From Eledone cirrhosa (lineage: Eukaryota), in NCBI GenBank assembly GCA_964016885.1, contig OZ024743.1, forward strand, positions 172,546,001 through 172,610,000: 64,000 nt of DNA, written 5' to 3'. Shown in pieces: positions 25,288 through 37,211 of the stretch. The notes below the pieces were generated by a model. The model was not told where the DNA came from. It saw nothing but the letters and a program-made list of their open reading frames with translations, and did no database searches. A program made the translations under genes and the position numbers. Positions within the stretch are counted from its first letter, which is position 1; each line of letters begins with the position of its first letter.

Positions 25288-26152
25288 AATCCTGATGTTG
25301 ACAAAACTTTAACCCATCAGTGGTTGGCATCCTCTGGACTGAAATCGGAGACTGAAGGACTGATTATATCAGCACAAGATCAGTGTCTGCCAACAAAAAA
25401 TTATCAAGCCAACATAATAAAAAATGGATGCAACCCATTATGCCGTGTATGTAAAAAACAACCAGAGACCATTGATCATATAATTTCAATGTGCAGTCCT
25501 ATAGCCCCAACCGAATACCTAAACAGGCATGACAGAGCTGCACAATACATACATTGGATAATGTGTAAGCATTTTGACCTGCCCCATCAAAAGAATTGGT
25601 GGGAGCATCAACCACCTCCCATACTTGAAAAAGATCACATCTCAATCTTGTGGAACTTTAGCATCCAAACAGACCGAAAAATAGATGCAAATAGACCTGA
25701 TATAATACTGAAGGACTTTAAAAAGAGGGTATGCCTGCTAATTGATATGTCCGTTCCAATAGACAAGAATGTATCTATAAAAACATTTGAAAAATTGAGC
25801 AAGTATAAGGACCTGGAGGTAGAAATTGGAAAAATGTGGAAATTGAGAACTAAAATAATACCAGTGGTTGTAGGCGCTCTAGGAATGATACCTAATGGGT
25901 CTAATGATTACTTATCGCAAATCCCAGGAAACCCGCGTATAGGAGAAATACAAAAGATAGTACTAATGGGAACTGCCCATATACTGAGGAAGATTCTGTC
26001 AATATAAGTACATCACAAGTCTAAACACCTAAAGATACATGTGTGAGTATGTATGTTCTTTCTTGAACATGGCGGACCTTGTTGTCTCTTGAGGTCACTG
26101 GTTGTGACTTGATGATAACTCGTATGAACATAAAGCAAGATAAATGCAGCTG
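25288..26152 (+). mobile_element. Dong-B 5'-truncated copy (CCHC + RLE)
   Basis: ORF 25324..26007 matches the Dong-B C-terminus. The tail at 26153-26177 is shared with the Tx1 3' end. Confidence 0.93.
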
Positions 26153-26434
26153 TAATAATAATAATAATAATAATAATGTTTTCTTTATTAACCACAAGGG
26201 TTTACATAAAGTAGACATTAAGGACAGTACAGGACAATACAGGACGGTACAAATGGGCATTTCTGCGTGTAAAAAAAACAGAGGATGAAATAAAATAACA
26301 AAGAAAAAAAACAAAGAAAAATTCCCCAATAGGGGGGAGACTTCCGAGGGACATTTGTGGAGAAAGCCCATTAAAAGACCACAGTGGCCCTGACCACCAG
26401 GGCAAGTGCCCTCTCCCAGTTTTCCACCTTTAAT

Positions 26435-29400
26435 TTACAGACACATACTCAGAGAAGGCCCATTCATTCGGGCCATACTTGCTTCTCTCACCCATCTTTC
26501 AACAAAATGCTGGGAAGAGAGCACTTCCCTCTCTACCCTGATTTTCCTTTTCAGATGAAATTTGAAAAAGTTAATCAGGCCATCACCGAAGAGGTAAGTG
26601 CTCGTCTTCAGCCCTTTCAAACGTGTCCAGCATACTATCTCTTTCGCCATGGCCACCAGACAGATAAAAACTGCCTCCCCTCCCGGCTAAAGGAAGAGGG
26701 CGGGGCAATCCTCACGATGGACTCAGCTGATAGCTGGATCCGTCCTACACGTGACAGCAGGTGTTCGACATAAACCCACAAGTCAGCAATGCTCGGACAC
26801 TGGACGAGTGCGTGCAGGACGGTTTCGTCGCCCTATGCGCATCTCGGACATGCCCGGCTGACGGCACCTCCATGCCTGTAAAGTTTATCCCGAACTGGCA
26901 AAGCACCCCGGTAGCACTGCCAGGCCAGGGATTTCTGGAAGTTGTCCATAGGCCCCGGCCCGAAAGTCCTTCCGAAGAGATTGGCTAGTTGATTTTCGTC
27001 GACGCCTAGAGTTTCTCCAAGTACGTCGTCGCTCTTCCCCTCCACTAATCCCCTATAGAACGCCAAGGTGTAGTTTCCACCGATCACATTGCCCGATTGG
27101 TCGAGGGCTGTGAGCGCCTGAAGACATTCCAGTCTCCAAGCGCTCCCTCTCGGTCTTCGCTTGACCCAGGACTGCAGCTCCGTCAAGGAGACGAGCTGGG
27201 GAAAAACGTGTCTAGCAAACGGCGACCACACCTGATCACCGTCGAGGAAGAGGTGGAGATGTCGTAGCCTGAGCGCGTGTCTGCGCATCATCAGCCACGG
27301 CATGCCCAGCCCTCCACGTAGCGGGTGTTGACAGCAGATGGACCGCCTGACCATCGGAGCGCGTCCCTTCCACAAGAAGCGAAACAGCAAACGCTCCAGC
27401 GCAGTCAGGCGGGGCTTAGGACAAGGTACGACGGTCAGGCGGTAGTAGATGACGGACGCGATGTACGCGTAAGCCACCTCCGCTCGACCTTTCAGGGATA
27501 GCTTCCTCTCGGCCCATTTCTGGGTGAGAGAAGCCACCCTGCTCGTCACCTCGTCCCAGTTTTTGTCCGTCTGGATGTCTGGACCGAACCAGACCCCTAG
27601 CAATTTAACCGGTCCGTCTGTCCAGCGCCCGACGACGCTGTTGGACGGTATGGACCTGCCTCTCCAGGTGCCGAGCTGCAGGCCCACTGACTTTTCCTGG
27701 TTGATCATTGTTCCTGTCACCGCTTCGTATTCTCTTAGTGTAGGGCCGATCGCCTCGATGTGTTTGGCGTTCGACACCACTACGGTGACATCGTCGGCAT
27801 ATGCTGACACAGATCTTCCGCATCCTAGTTCGCGCGGGATCCCCCTCAACGTCTCCAGTTTGTGCAGTAATGGCTCGAGAGTCAATACGTACAATAGGGA
27901 CGAGAGGGGACATCCTTGGCGGACCGAGCGCATGATGTTGAACGGTTCCGAAAGGTGACCGTTCACTCTCACTACAGAGCAGATGTTGCTGTGCATGGCA
28001 GCGATCCAGCCTCTGAAGACGGGCCCAAAGCCAGCCGCCCTCAGGACTGCCACTAGGTAACGATGGTCGACCCTATCGAAGGCTTTCGACTGATCTAAAT
28101 TGATCAAAGACCCACCCGTGCCAGGTTCCCTAGCTACCCTCTCTACGATGTATCGCATGAGGTGGAGGTTGTCGTGGATGGATCTGTCGGGAATGGCGCA
28201 TGTATGTGCCTCTCCCACCAGACCACCAACGACAAGCGCCAACCTCTTTGCTAACACCTTGGCCAAAATCTTGAACTCTGTGTTTAGCAGAGTTATGGGC
28301 CTAAAATGATCTATGTTATCCCCCTTGTTCGGATCCTTTCTCAGCAGCGCCACTGCTCCTCGGCTCACAGAGCTGGGAATTCTCCCGTTCTGTTGCCAGT
28401 TGCAGTAGACGTCCGCCAAGAGGCCTCCGAACAAGTTTGGCATTTGTACGTAAAGTTCATAGGGCAGACCATCCAAACCAGGCGATTTACCCCTTGTGCA
28501 ACTAGTCATTGCATCCCGTACTTCAGCGGTTGTTATCGGCTTTTCGCAACACTCCGCCTCAGTGACCGAAAGCCGCGGCAGTCCGTCGAGGTAGACACTA
28601 AAGTCCATCCCTCGATCCGGCCCGCCACTGCCCCCGAACAGTTAAGCGAAGTGTCGCCGAAAAGCTTCACACATTTGCCCGGGATCGAGTAGCATGCGCC
28701 CGTCGTGGTCCACCAAAGACCAGATCGTGGCTTTGTTGCCACGACGCGCCTCCGCCACTCGGGCCCATTGAACGGCTTTCGTCCCCTCGTGTCTGAGAGC
28801 ACGCACCCTAGCTCTGACAGCGCAGCCTTCGTGCTTTGCATTGAAGAATTGGTCAAGGGCCAATTTCGCCGCAAGTACGTCGGTCGCGATGCCTTTGCTA
28901 AGCGCCTCATCTAATTTTCTAACTAGTTCTCCCTCTGCTCTATTTTTCTCTATTGCTAAAGTCTTACTAAACCTAATGGACTCTATTCTAATTGCTCTTT
29001 TCAGAGCAAACCACCACTTGTTGTTGACGATGGCCCCCGTCAACGCCCGCTTAACTAGTTCGCTAATCCGGTCTCTGTAGGCCTTGCGCGCTGGTAAGGA
29101 CGTGTTTAGCTTCCAGTAGCCGGGTCCTCGCCTATGAAGCCTATCTAAGTCAAGCACACAGATCACAAATTTGTGGTCCGTGTAGCTGACTATCTTGAAT
29201 TGTGGACAGCCTATGCTATACCTATCTATTTCCCTACAAAATACTCTATCTAGATATGATCTGGATGACCCTATGCGATTTGTCCAAGTCCACATTGGTA
29301 CATTCGGGAAATCCATTCGGTACCTGTCAGACAGTTCAAAACGTCTGAGCAGGTTGGTGAGACTCTTGCACCCTCCTTCCCTATCCACTAATCCCACACA

Positions 29401-29853
29401 ATCCCAGCGTGCATCTAAGATCCCGTTCCAGTCGCCCACTAACACTAAAGAGCGGGACGTTCCAAGAAAGGTCTCCAGACGCCGGAAGAAATCAGGCCGC
29501 CCTGCTCCTGTCGGGGCATAGACGGCCACTAACCTGTAAGCTTGCCCGTCTCCGCTGGTCACGTCCAGCACCACCAACTTACCTTCTGGGTCCAGGAAGA
29601 TGGCCCGTATGGCAAGATCCAAACCTCTCCGAAAAAGCACAGCAACTTCTCCCCCCGATCCCGGACGGCTGGGAGATGCGTACACATCGTAGCCGCCGAA
29701 GATCGGTGCGAAAGCCTGTGCTTCGGAGATTCTCGTCTCGCTGATGGCCACTACATCTATGTTTAGTGACCTGAGGTCGTTGAGCAGGTGGCCCTGCTTC
29801 CATGACGACCCCAAGCCACGCGCATTTATGCTGCCTATTCTGAGTGAGGTCAT
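26435..29853 (-). pseudogene. Tx1 ORF2 (APE endonuclease + RT + C-terminal CCHC), with premature stops
   Basis: SINARGL, AISET, GDWN, YLDR, TDH (APE); KSPGLDG, DQSKAFD, QGCPLS, YADD (RT). In-frame stops at 28642 and 26833; CPRC..ETVLHALVQC follows. Confidence 0.9.
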
Positions 29854-29887
29854 GTTGAAAAGGAGTGGAAAAGATGGGAAAGACCAC

Positions 29888-31881
29888 TTACCTTACTTCT
29901 CGTAGGGGAAGGACGGTTTTTCCATCCTTTTCACTGCTTGTGGCCTCCTCAGGAAGGATGTCCTTATAAATCCTCCTGGAGAGTGCTTGTCGGAAGTCTC
30001 CGATGTCTTTGGGGAATTTTTGTTTTAGTGTCATGTACGTTTTCTGTGTGATGCGAGTGATTTGTATGTGTGGAGGTGGTGTGAATTTTGGGGTTGTTGT
30101 GTAGTCTTTTTCTGTGATGCTGGTGTTGTGTTGGATGTAGTGTAATAATTGCTTGTTGTTCAAATTTAATGCTGTGTAGTGTGTATCGTTTTGGTTGTTT
30201 TGTTTTGTTTGCGTTTGTTGTGGGTTTGTTTGTTTCGCATTTTGGTGACTTTTGTGGTGTAGCTGATGGTGGTTTTGGAGTTAATGATGGTGATGGTGTT
30301 GGTGTTTGGGTTGATGGGGTTGGTGATGCTGGTGTGGATGGTGGCATATCTGTCCTAACTTTTTTGTTTCTTAGTTTATTTGTTTCCCTCTGTATTTTGT
30401 TTTTGGAGGGGGAAGGAAGAGAATTTTTTCTTTTTTGGTTTCTTTTTTTTCCGGATATCGTTTTCCACTCCTCGTCGTCACAATCTGTCTCCAGCTGTGA
30501 TAGGCCGGGGAGTGGAAAATCCTCCACAGGCGTTAGTTTTGGTTGTGGCGTGGTGGATGGTGTAGGCGCTGGTGCTAGTTCTGAAGCGTTGGGTGGTGGT
30601 GGTGTTGGTTTTGCTGGTGGTGGTGGTGGTGGTGTTGGTTTTGCTACTGTTGCTGGGGTTGTTGCTGTTATAGTTGCTTCTGTTGTTGCTGCTACAGTTG
30701 TTGCTGCCATCTCTGCTACTGGTGGTGTTGATGGTTGTGTCACTGGGGTGGGTAGGAGAGGTGGCCTCAACCTTTTAGCCTGAGGGCAGAAAGCCCTTAG
30801 GTGGGTTCCTTCACCACAAACGACACACCTAGGTCTTCTGCCCTCGACAATTACCGTGAGGTGGCTGCCGTCAGTGAGGTCTATTACCTCTGGGATCTCC
30901 TCAAAGCTTTTTTGGTCCGCTTGGATCAGGAGCTCCATCCCAGATCCGGACCAGTTCTCCTGCTTTTCTTTTGCTATTGCTATTATTTTCGTGTTGGCTT
31001 CGATGCCGGCGAGGACGGCCGCTATTAGCCAGGGAATTTCGATGGCCGGTGGAACGTGGGTCACCCTGATCTTTACGAGTCTCTGGCCACAATAGCTTGG
31101 GACGAGTGTGAAGTCGTCACTTCTTAATGGGGCCATGGAGTGTTCTCTAGCCTCCTCTGGTGTTTCAAAGAACACGTCCACAGTTCCATACTTTTGCCCA
31201 CGTCTGATGTGGGTTTTTCTTGCCCACACTTGTTCCAAAGCTTTTTGGATTTGGGACTCGGATGCCCGTTCCACTCGGCGCGATTTTACATTTATTGTTC
31301 TATACGACACGGTGCATAGGCGCCGATGCTCCATTTTATTAGGTGGGGGGGGTGAGGCTGATCCTGTACCCATCTTTTTTTACCATTTGTTTGGCATTTT
31401 CTAAATCCTCCTGAGTTACCGTAAATGCTTCGAACGGTTTTGCTACTCTGGCGAAACTGAGGGTCGGTTTTATAATGTCATTGTTGTTGTTGTTGCTATC
31501 GTTATTTGCATTAATATTAATTTTAGTTTCAGTTGTGGTTGTGGTGACGTCAGTCGTCTTTGGTGGGGAAGAGTCCATTTTGCTTGATTTCATTTCGACA
31601 TCACGAGTTAATTCATTTTTTTCTTCTTTTGTTTCTGTTGTCGCGGTGGTGGTGGGGGTGGTGGTTGTCGCGGTGGTGGTGGTGGTGGAGGCTTTAACAC
31701 CTGCAGTCATTGGTAATGGCGGGAAATGAATGTCTGCCTGAGACAAATTTAAAATATTGCTAGTGCTTATATTTTTTTTAGTGTTGGCAAACGTAGTAAC
31801 ATTTACAATGGTGGTGTCGGTGTGAGGTTTTAATTTGTGAGAAAGGCTTTCAGCTGCTTCGTGCAGAGGTGAATTAGACAT
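29888..31881 (-). pseudogene. Tx1 ORF1 (gag-like, CCHC knuckle, Pro/Thr-rich), frameshifted
   Basis: ORFs 31339..31881, 29964..31373 and 29888..30163; knuckle CVVCGEGTHLRAFC (CX2CX4HX4C). Confidence 0.85.
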
Positions 31882-32094
31882 TTTTTTTTTTCAAAGAAAT
31901 TTTTTGATAATAATAAAAGTTAAAATTTTGGGCACAAGGCCCCAATCTTTTTGGGTGTCCTTTTTTGGAAAACAATGTATGTGCGCTTATATATGGTTAA
32001 CAATAAAAATTTTCCATAAATGGCAATTTTTAACAAACGGAAATAACAAACCTTTGCGGAGCTCACGATGATACGATTTACTACGTAGGTCGCC

Positions 32095-32127
<33 letters not shown>

Positions 32128-32129
<2 letters not shown>

Positions 32130-32206
32130 TTTCTTTATTAACCACAAGGGTTTTATAATAATAATAATAATAATAATAATGATTTCTTTATTAACCACAA
32201 GAGTTT

Positions 32207-32207
<1 letters not shown>
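32128..32207 (-). mobile_element. Two 27-bp Tx1 3'-terminal stubs embedded in (TAA)n
   Basis: GATTTCTTTATTAACCACAAG(G/A)GTTTT at 32128-32154 and 32181-32207 match the Tx1 3' terminus at 26178. Confidence 0.85.
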
Positions 32208-32262
<55 letters not shown>

Positions 32263-35200
32263 GGGAAGAAGACGCACGAGGTGGTTGAACGTCACGAAAT
32301 TGCTCCCGTAAGTTTTTTGATTTTTAACATATTTAAATCAATTGTGAAAGAACAATTCTTAGCACAAATGTTGCATAAAGGCACCGAATGAGGTCCCATA
32401 AAGTTTCGGATCCATATTATATTGTTGTATCGCTCAAATATTCAATTTTGTATTATATATTTTGTATTCAAAAAAAGAAAATGGTTATAAATGGAACAAA
32501 ACACCCTCTGTCTACACTATATAGAACAGCGGCAATTTCAATTTCACCAACACCAGAAACTTGATACACTACCTATCCCATCACACTAAATATAACGGCA
32601 ACTTCACCGGCATCATAATAATAATTACTATTATTATTGTCTCAAATTTTAAAAAATGTTTAATTCAAATTTTACGGGAATATGTCAACACAAAATATAA
32701 TGAAAATATATATTAAACATACGAACACAAACTCATAGATACTATATCAGTAACCACAACACCACCGCTGCCACCTCCCCACCACATCCATCATCGCCGC
32801 CACCACTCATTCAATGCTACTGACACTATTCCCCTGTTAACTTGAGAGAGAAAAGGGAAGGTGGTGGTATCACTAGACAAGAGAGAGGCTAGCAAAAGAT
32901 ATAAATAGATTGACTTGGTGACCTTGCCACGGACAAACGTCTACATCAACAATTATGGGACTGCTGGCTCACCCCTTCCTCACCAACAATATAAAAAGCC
33001 CCGGCACCACCACCGACATAGCCAGCAGCAATAACAGCCAACTACAACAAAAAGTATATTATATTATTGTAATGCACTGGGTGATTGCTGGCCTTGTCCC
33101 TGGAGTGGAGACAATTATTAATAATTTCATTCTTAAGCCACGCAATGCTCACATTAAGGTACCACTCATGATAATAACAATTTAAAAAAAACAACAAAAA
33201 GAAAACCCCGTGACCAAGAAATACCGGGATGGCGGCCGGCGGGGAATAGCCATGTCTCTAGGGGAGAACGACCCCTCTAGTCTTGGTTGACACTCGTTCT
33301 AGAAGTGGTAACACGAAAAGATTACCCCTTGGCGGTTAAGGATAAAACGCGACAAAATAAGGTAGATGTCTAATGATGAAATCTCATACCGGATCGGCCG
33401 TCACCCGGGTAAAAAAGGGCCGCGTCCCTCAGAGAGGAACCAGACTGGGGTCGAAAAATCAGCTAATGGTTCAAACCTTCCCATCACTTCGGAGCTGGAG
33501 ACCTCCCATAACCGGAATACTCCTACTGTTGGCCCTCCATGCTCACCACCAAGAAATCCAAAGAAAAAGAGAGAAAAATGGTCAAGGGAAGATAATAAAG
33601 AAGTCCTTGAGGCTTTCTACACTGCCATGTACTACCCATCAAATACATCGAATACAGAGCAAACATATATCAACTGGAAAAAGAAACATCCCGAAAACAG
33701 AGGCTATATTGACAGTAACAAACTAGCCAATATACGAAGAAATATTGTAAGAAAAAAGTTACTAACTGATATAGAAATTGATCAGATCAAGCTAGTAGCA
33801 CAAAGTCAGCGAAGGGAAAATGAAGCATGTGTCAGTGAAAACGAGGTAAACTGTAACACTTCGAATCCCAGAGTTGGGGCGGAATCACTGGCAACAGAAC
33901 AAATTAAAGAAAGGAGCGAAAAAGTGGAGGGAGTGCATGCTCAGGATGAAACTCCAAATGAAAATAATGAGATCGTAAATGATAAAGAAATGAATGAGAA
34001 TGAACTTGCCAACTTGAAGGATGAAATTATGATCGAATGGATGAAAATGAAAGAATCTGACATGGGGGAACGAGACACCCTCCCTAAGATCCAGAACTCC
34101 AAACAGAACCAAAAGATAATACACAAGACTAACATAATTCTCAAAAACATTATCATCACAAACAAAATAAACATTACTGACTTAAATCATCTCTATTATG
34201 CATCGGCTAAAGTCACCACTCACTTATGTGGAGTGAAGATGAAAAAACAAAGGAATTCCCACAAGAAATCTACTTGGCAAGATAACATCAATCGCCAAAT
34301 AAACCTTCTCCGATCTGACATAGAAATTTTAACAAACTATAAAGTAGGTGAACATGTTAAACAAACTAGACTTAGAAAATTGAAAAAAAAGTACAGTATA
34401 AGATCAACATGTGACATAGACATGCTGATAGAAACAATCAAGCAAAAAGTGTCGGCCAAAGCTGCTCGTATAAGGCGCTTTGAAAAACGATCTAGATTCT
34501 ATAAGGACAATAATATGTTCAAAAACAACCAAAGAAACTTCTACAGAAAAATTGGTAAGTCAACAATAACTGCTAAATCAATACCACCCAAGGAGGAAGT
34601 GCAAGAATTCTGGGAAAAGATCTGGGCCGAAGAAAAAGTTCATAACATACATGCCCCATGGATAGACAGACAAATGAAAGAAACAGCTCACCTTGAAGAA
34701 CAAACATGGGAAAATATAACAGTTGAACAGCTGCGCTTGGCTCTAAGAAAAACCAGCAAATGGAAATCCCCAGGAAAAGACAAAATACAAAACTTTTGGA
34801 TAAATGCCTTCACAGAGTCTCATGAGCTGTTAGCCCAACTTTACAATGAAATAGTTAAGGAGCCAGAAAAGATACCATCATGGCTAGTTAACGGCATTAC
34901 ATTCCTGCTACCGAAGAATGATGAGACAAACAATCCCAAAAATTACAGACCGATAACCTGCTTGACCACAATGTATAAAATTTTAACATCAGTCCTAACT
35001 GAATACACATATGACCACCTGATAACAAATGACCTATTTCCCATTGAGCAGAAAGGGTGTAAACGAGGCTCATATGGCTGTAAGGATCAGCTTCTGGTTA
35101 ACAAAATGATACTGGAAGATTGTCATAATAGACACAAAAATCTATCGATTGCTTGGATAGATTATAAAAAAGCATTTGATAGTTTGCCACACAGTTGGAT

Positions 35201-37156
35201 TGAAAAATGTTTAGAGATTTTCAAAATATCCCCCGTTGTCAGGAGGTTTTTGTCATTCAGTATGAGGACATGGAGAACGACACTCCTTTTGAATAGTGAA
35301 ACAAAATCACTGGAAGCTGGAGAAGTTAACATTAATTGTGGAATTTTTCAGGGTGACTCTTTATCACCGCTTTTATTCTGCATCGCACTTATACCATTAA
35401 GTAAAATGCTCAATGAAACAAAACATGGATATAGAGTCTATGACAAAACCATTAATCACCTGTTCTACATGGATGACCTGAAACTATTTGCAAAAAATGA
35501 TGAACAATTGCAAGGGCTATTATCCACTGTGAAGCAGTTCAGTGATGACATTAAAATGGAGTTTGGACTGGATAAATGCGCCAAAGCAACGTTCACCAGA
35601 GGAAAGCTGCTGAAGAGTTCAGACATTAATCTTGATCGGGGGAACGTGATAAGAGAGCTTGATCAAGAACAAACTTACAAATATCTAGGTGTTTGTGAAG
35701 GAGACGGAATCAAGCACTCGACAATGAGGGAAAGGATAAGGAAGGAATGTTACCGCAGAGTCAGAGCAATCTTAAGAACGGAATTGAATGCAAGGAATAG
35801 GATCGATGCCATAAACACGCTTGCCATACCAGTAGTAACCTACAGTTACAATGTCATCAACTGGTCAAGCACAGAGATCCGTAGGCTCGATACAAAAATC
35901 CGAAAATTCTTAACCATGCACAGAATGCATCACCCTAAGGCAGACATAGATAGAATATATCTCCCTAGGAAAGAAGGAGGACGTGGGTTAATCCAGTTAG
36001 ACATTGCGTTGAAAACTGCAACAATTGGATTATCCACATATCTAAGGGAATCACATGATTGGATGATCAAACTCGTTTTGAAACACGAAAGCACCAAAAG
36101 ATCATATTCCATTACAAAAGATGCACAAAGATACAGTAATGGACTACAAATTTCAGAAGTCCCATTTACTGCTGAAATGGAAAACACAGAAAAAGCAAAG
36201 CAGGTAAAAGTAACTGCAAAGAAAGAACTGCTACAGAAACTGGCTAAGAAATGGCAAGAAAAGCCTCTGTATGGAAAATACCCAGAGCGAGCTAACAATC
36301 CTGATGTTGACAAAACTTTAACCCATCAGTGGTTGGCATCCTCTGGACTGAAATCGGAGACTGAAGGACTGATTATATCCGCACAAGATCAGTGTCTGCC
36401 AACAAAAAATTACCAAGCCAACATAATAAAAAATGGGTGCAGCCCACTATGCCGTGTATGCAAAAAACAACCAGAGACCATTGACCATATAATTTCAATG
36501 TGCAGTCCTATAGCTCCAACCGAATACCTAAACAGGCATGACAGAGCTGCACAATACATACATTGGATAATGTGTAAGCATTTTGACCTGCCCCATCAAA
36601 AGAATTGGTGGGAGCATCAACCACCTCCCATACTTGAAAAAGATCACATCTCAATCTTGTGGAACTTTAGCATCCAAACAGACCGAAAAATAGATGCAAA
36701 TAGACCTGATATAATATTGAAGGACTTTCAAAGGAGGGTATGCCTGCTAATTGATATGTCTGTTCCAATAGACAAGAATGTATCTATAAAAACATTTGAA
36801 AAATTGAGCAAGTATAAGGACCTGGAGATAGAAATTGGAAAAATGTGGAAATTGAGAACTAAAACAATACCAGTGGTTGTAGGCGCTCTGGGAATGATAC
36901 CTAAGGGGTCTAACGACTACTTATCGCAAATCCCAGGAAACCCGCGTATAGGAGAAATACAAAAGATAGTACTAATGGGAACTGCCCATATACTAAGGAA
37001 GATCCTGTCAATATAAGTACATCACAAGTCTAAACACTAAGGATGCATGTGTGAATATGTGTGTTCTTTCTTGAACATGGCGGACCTTGTTGTCTCTTGA
37101 GGTCACTGGTTGTGACTTGGTGATAACTCGTATAAACATAAAGCAAGATAAATGCA
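32263..37156 (+). mobile_element. R4/Dong-like family B, apparently full-length
   Basis: Starts directly after (TAA)n; ~1.1-kb 5' region, intact ORF, 140-bp 3' UTR, TAA tail at 37157-37210. Confidence 0.92.
33366..37016 (+). CDS. R4/Dong-type polyprotein, family B: RT, CCHC, RLE (1216 aa, intact)
   Basis: KSPGKD, YRPITCL, IDYKKAFD, GIFQGDSLSP, YMDD; CRVCKKQPETIDHIISMC; RHD; NRPDIIL..IDMSVP..EKLSKY. Confidence 0.95.
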   Translation: MSNDEISYRIGRHPGKKGPRPSERNQTGVEKSANGSNLPITSELETSHNRNTPTVGPPCSPPRNPKKKREKWSREDNKEVLEAFYTAMYYPSNTSNTEQTYINWKKKHPENRGYIDSNKLANIRRNIVRKKLLTDIEIDQIKLVAQSQRRENEACVSENEVNCNTSNPRVGAESLATEQIKERSEKVEGVHAQDETPNENNEIVNDKEMNENELANLKDEIMIEWMKMKESDMGERDTLPKIQNSKQNQKIIHKTNIILKNIIITNKINITDLNHLYYASAKVTTHLCGVKMKKQRNSHKKSTWQDNINRQINLLRSDIEILTNYKVGEHVKQTRLRKLKKKYSIRSTCDIDMLIETIKQKVSAKAARIRRFEKRSRFYKDNNMFKNNQRNFYRKIGKSTITAKSIPPKEEVQEFWEKIWAEEKVHNIHAPWIDRQMKETAHLEEQTWENITVEQLRLALRKTSKWKSPGKDKIQNFWINAFTESHELLAQLYNEIVKEPEKIPSWLVNGITFLLPKNDETNNPKNYRPITCLTTMYKILTSVLTEYTYDHLITNDLFPIEQKGCKRGSYGCKDQLLVNKMILEDCHNRHKNLSIAWIDYKKAFDSLPHSWIEKCLEIFKISPVVRRFLSFSMRTWRTTLLLNSETKSLEAGEVNINCGIFQGDSLSPLLFCIALIPLSKMLNETKHGYRVYDKTINHLFYMDDLKLFAKNDEQLQGLLSTVKQFSDDIKMEFGLDKCAKATFTRGKLLKSSDINLDRGNVIRELDQEQTYKYLGVCEGDGIKHSTMRERIRKECYRRVRAILRTELNARNRIDAINTLAIPVVTYSYNVINWSSTEIRRLDTKIRKFLTMHRMHHPKADIDRIYLPRKEGGRGLIQLDIALKTATIGLSTYLRESHDWMIKLVLKHESTKRSYSITKDAQRYSNGLQISEVPFTAEMENTEKAKQVKVTAKKELLQKLAKKWQEKPLYGKYPERANNPDVDKTLTHQWLASSGLKSETEGLIISAQDQCLPTKNYQANIIKNGCSPLCRVCKKQPETIDHIISMCSPIAPTEYLNRHDRAAQYIHWIMCKHFDLPHQKNWWEHQPPPILEKDHISILWNFSIQTDRKIDANRPDIILKDFQRRVCLLIDMSVPIDKNVSIKTFEKLSKYKDLEIEIGKMWKLRTKTIPVVVGALGMIPKGSNDYLSQIPGNPRIGEIQKIVLMGTAHILRKILSI

Positions 37157-37209
<53 letters not shown>

Positions 37210-37211
<2 letters not shown>

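Larger units (their letters stand above)
26178..32094 (-). mobile_element. Tx1-clade element, copy 3, full-length (~5.9 kb), flanked by (TAA)n at both ends
   Basis: 5' UTR, ORF1, ORF2, then a 3' UTR ending CCTTGTGGTTAATAAAGAAAAC + (ATT)n on the sense strand. Confidence 0.93.

Noticed and set aside
32095-32262. Short repeats with spacers resembling a CRISPR array
   Set aside because: Only two Tx1 3' stubs separated by microsatellite, in a eukaryotic context.
33303-33352. Twister ribozyme-like TAACAC..ATAAAA pattern
   Set aside because: Loop 4 and pseudoknot nucleotides do not match the twister consensus.
8000-37156. Whole array as a simple segmental duplication
   Set aside because: Copies have different truncation points, ages and neighbours, which fits independent insertions.
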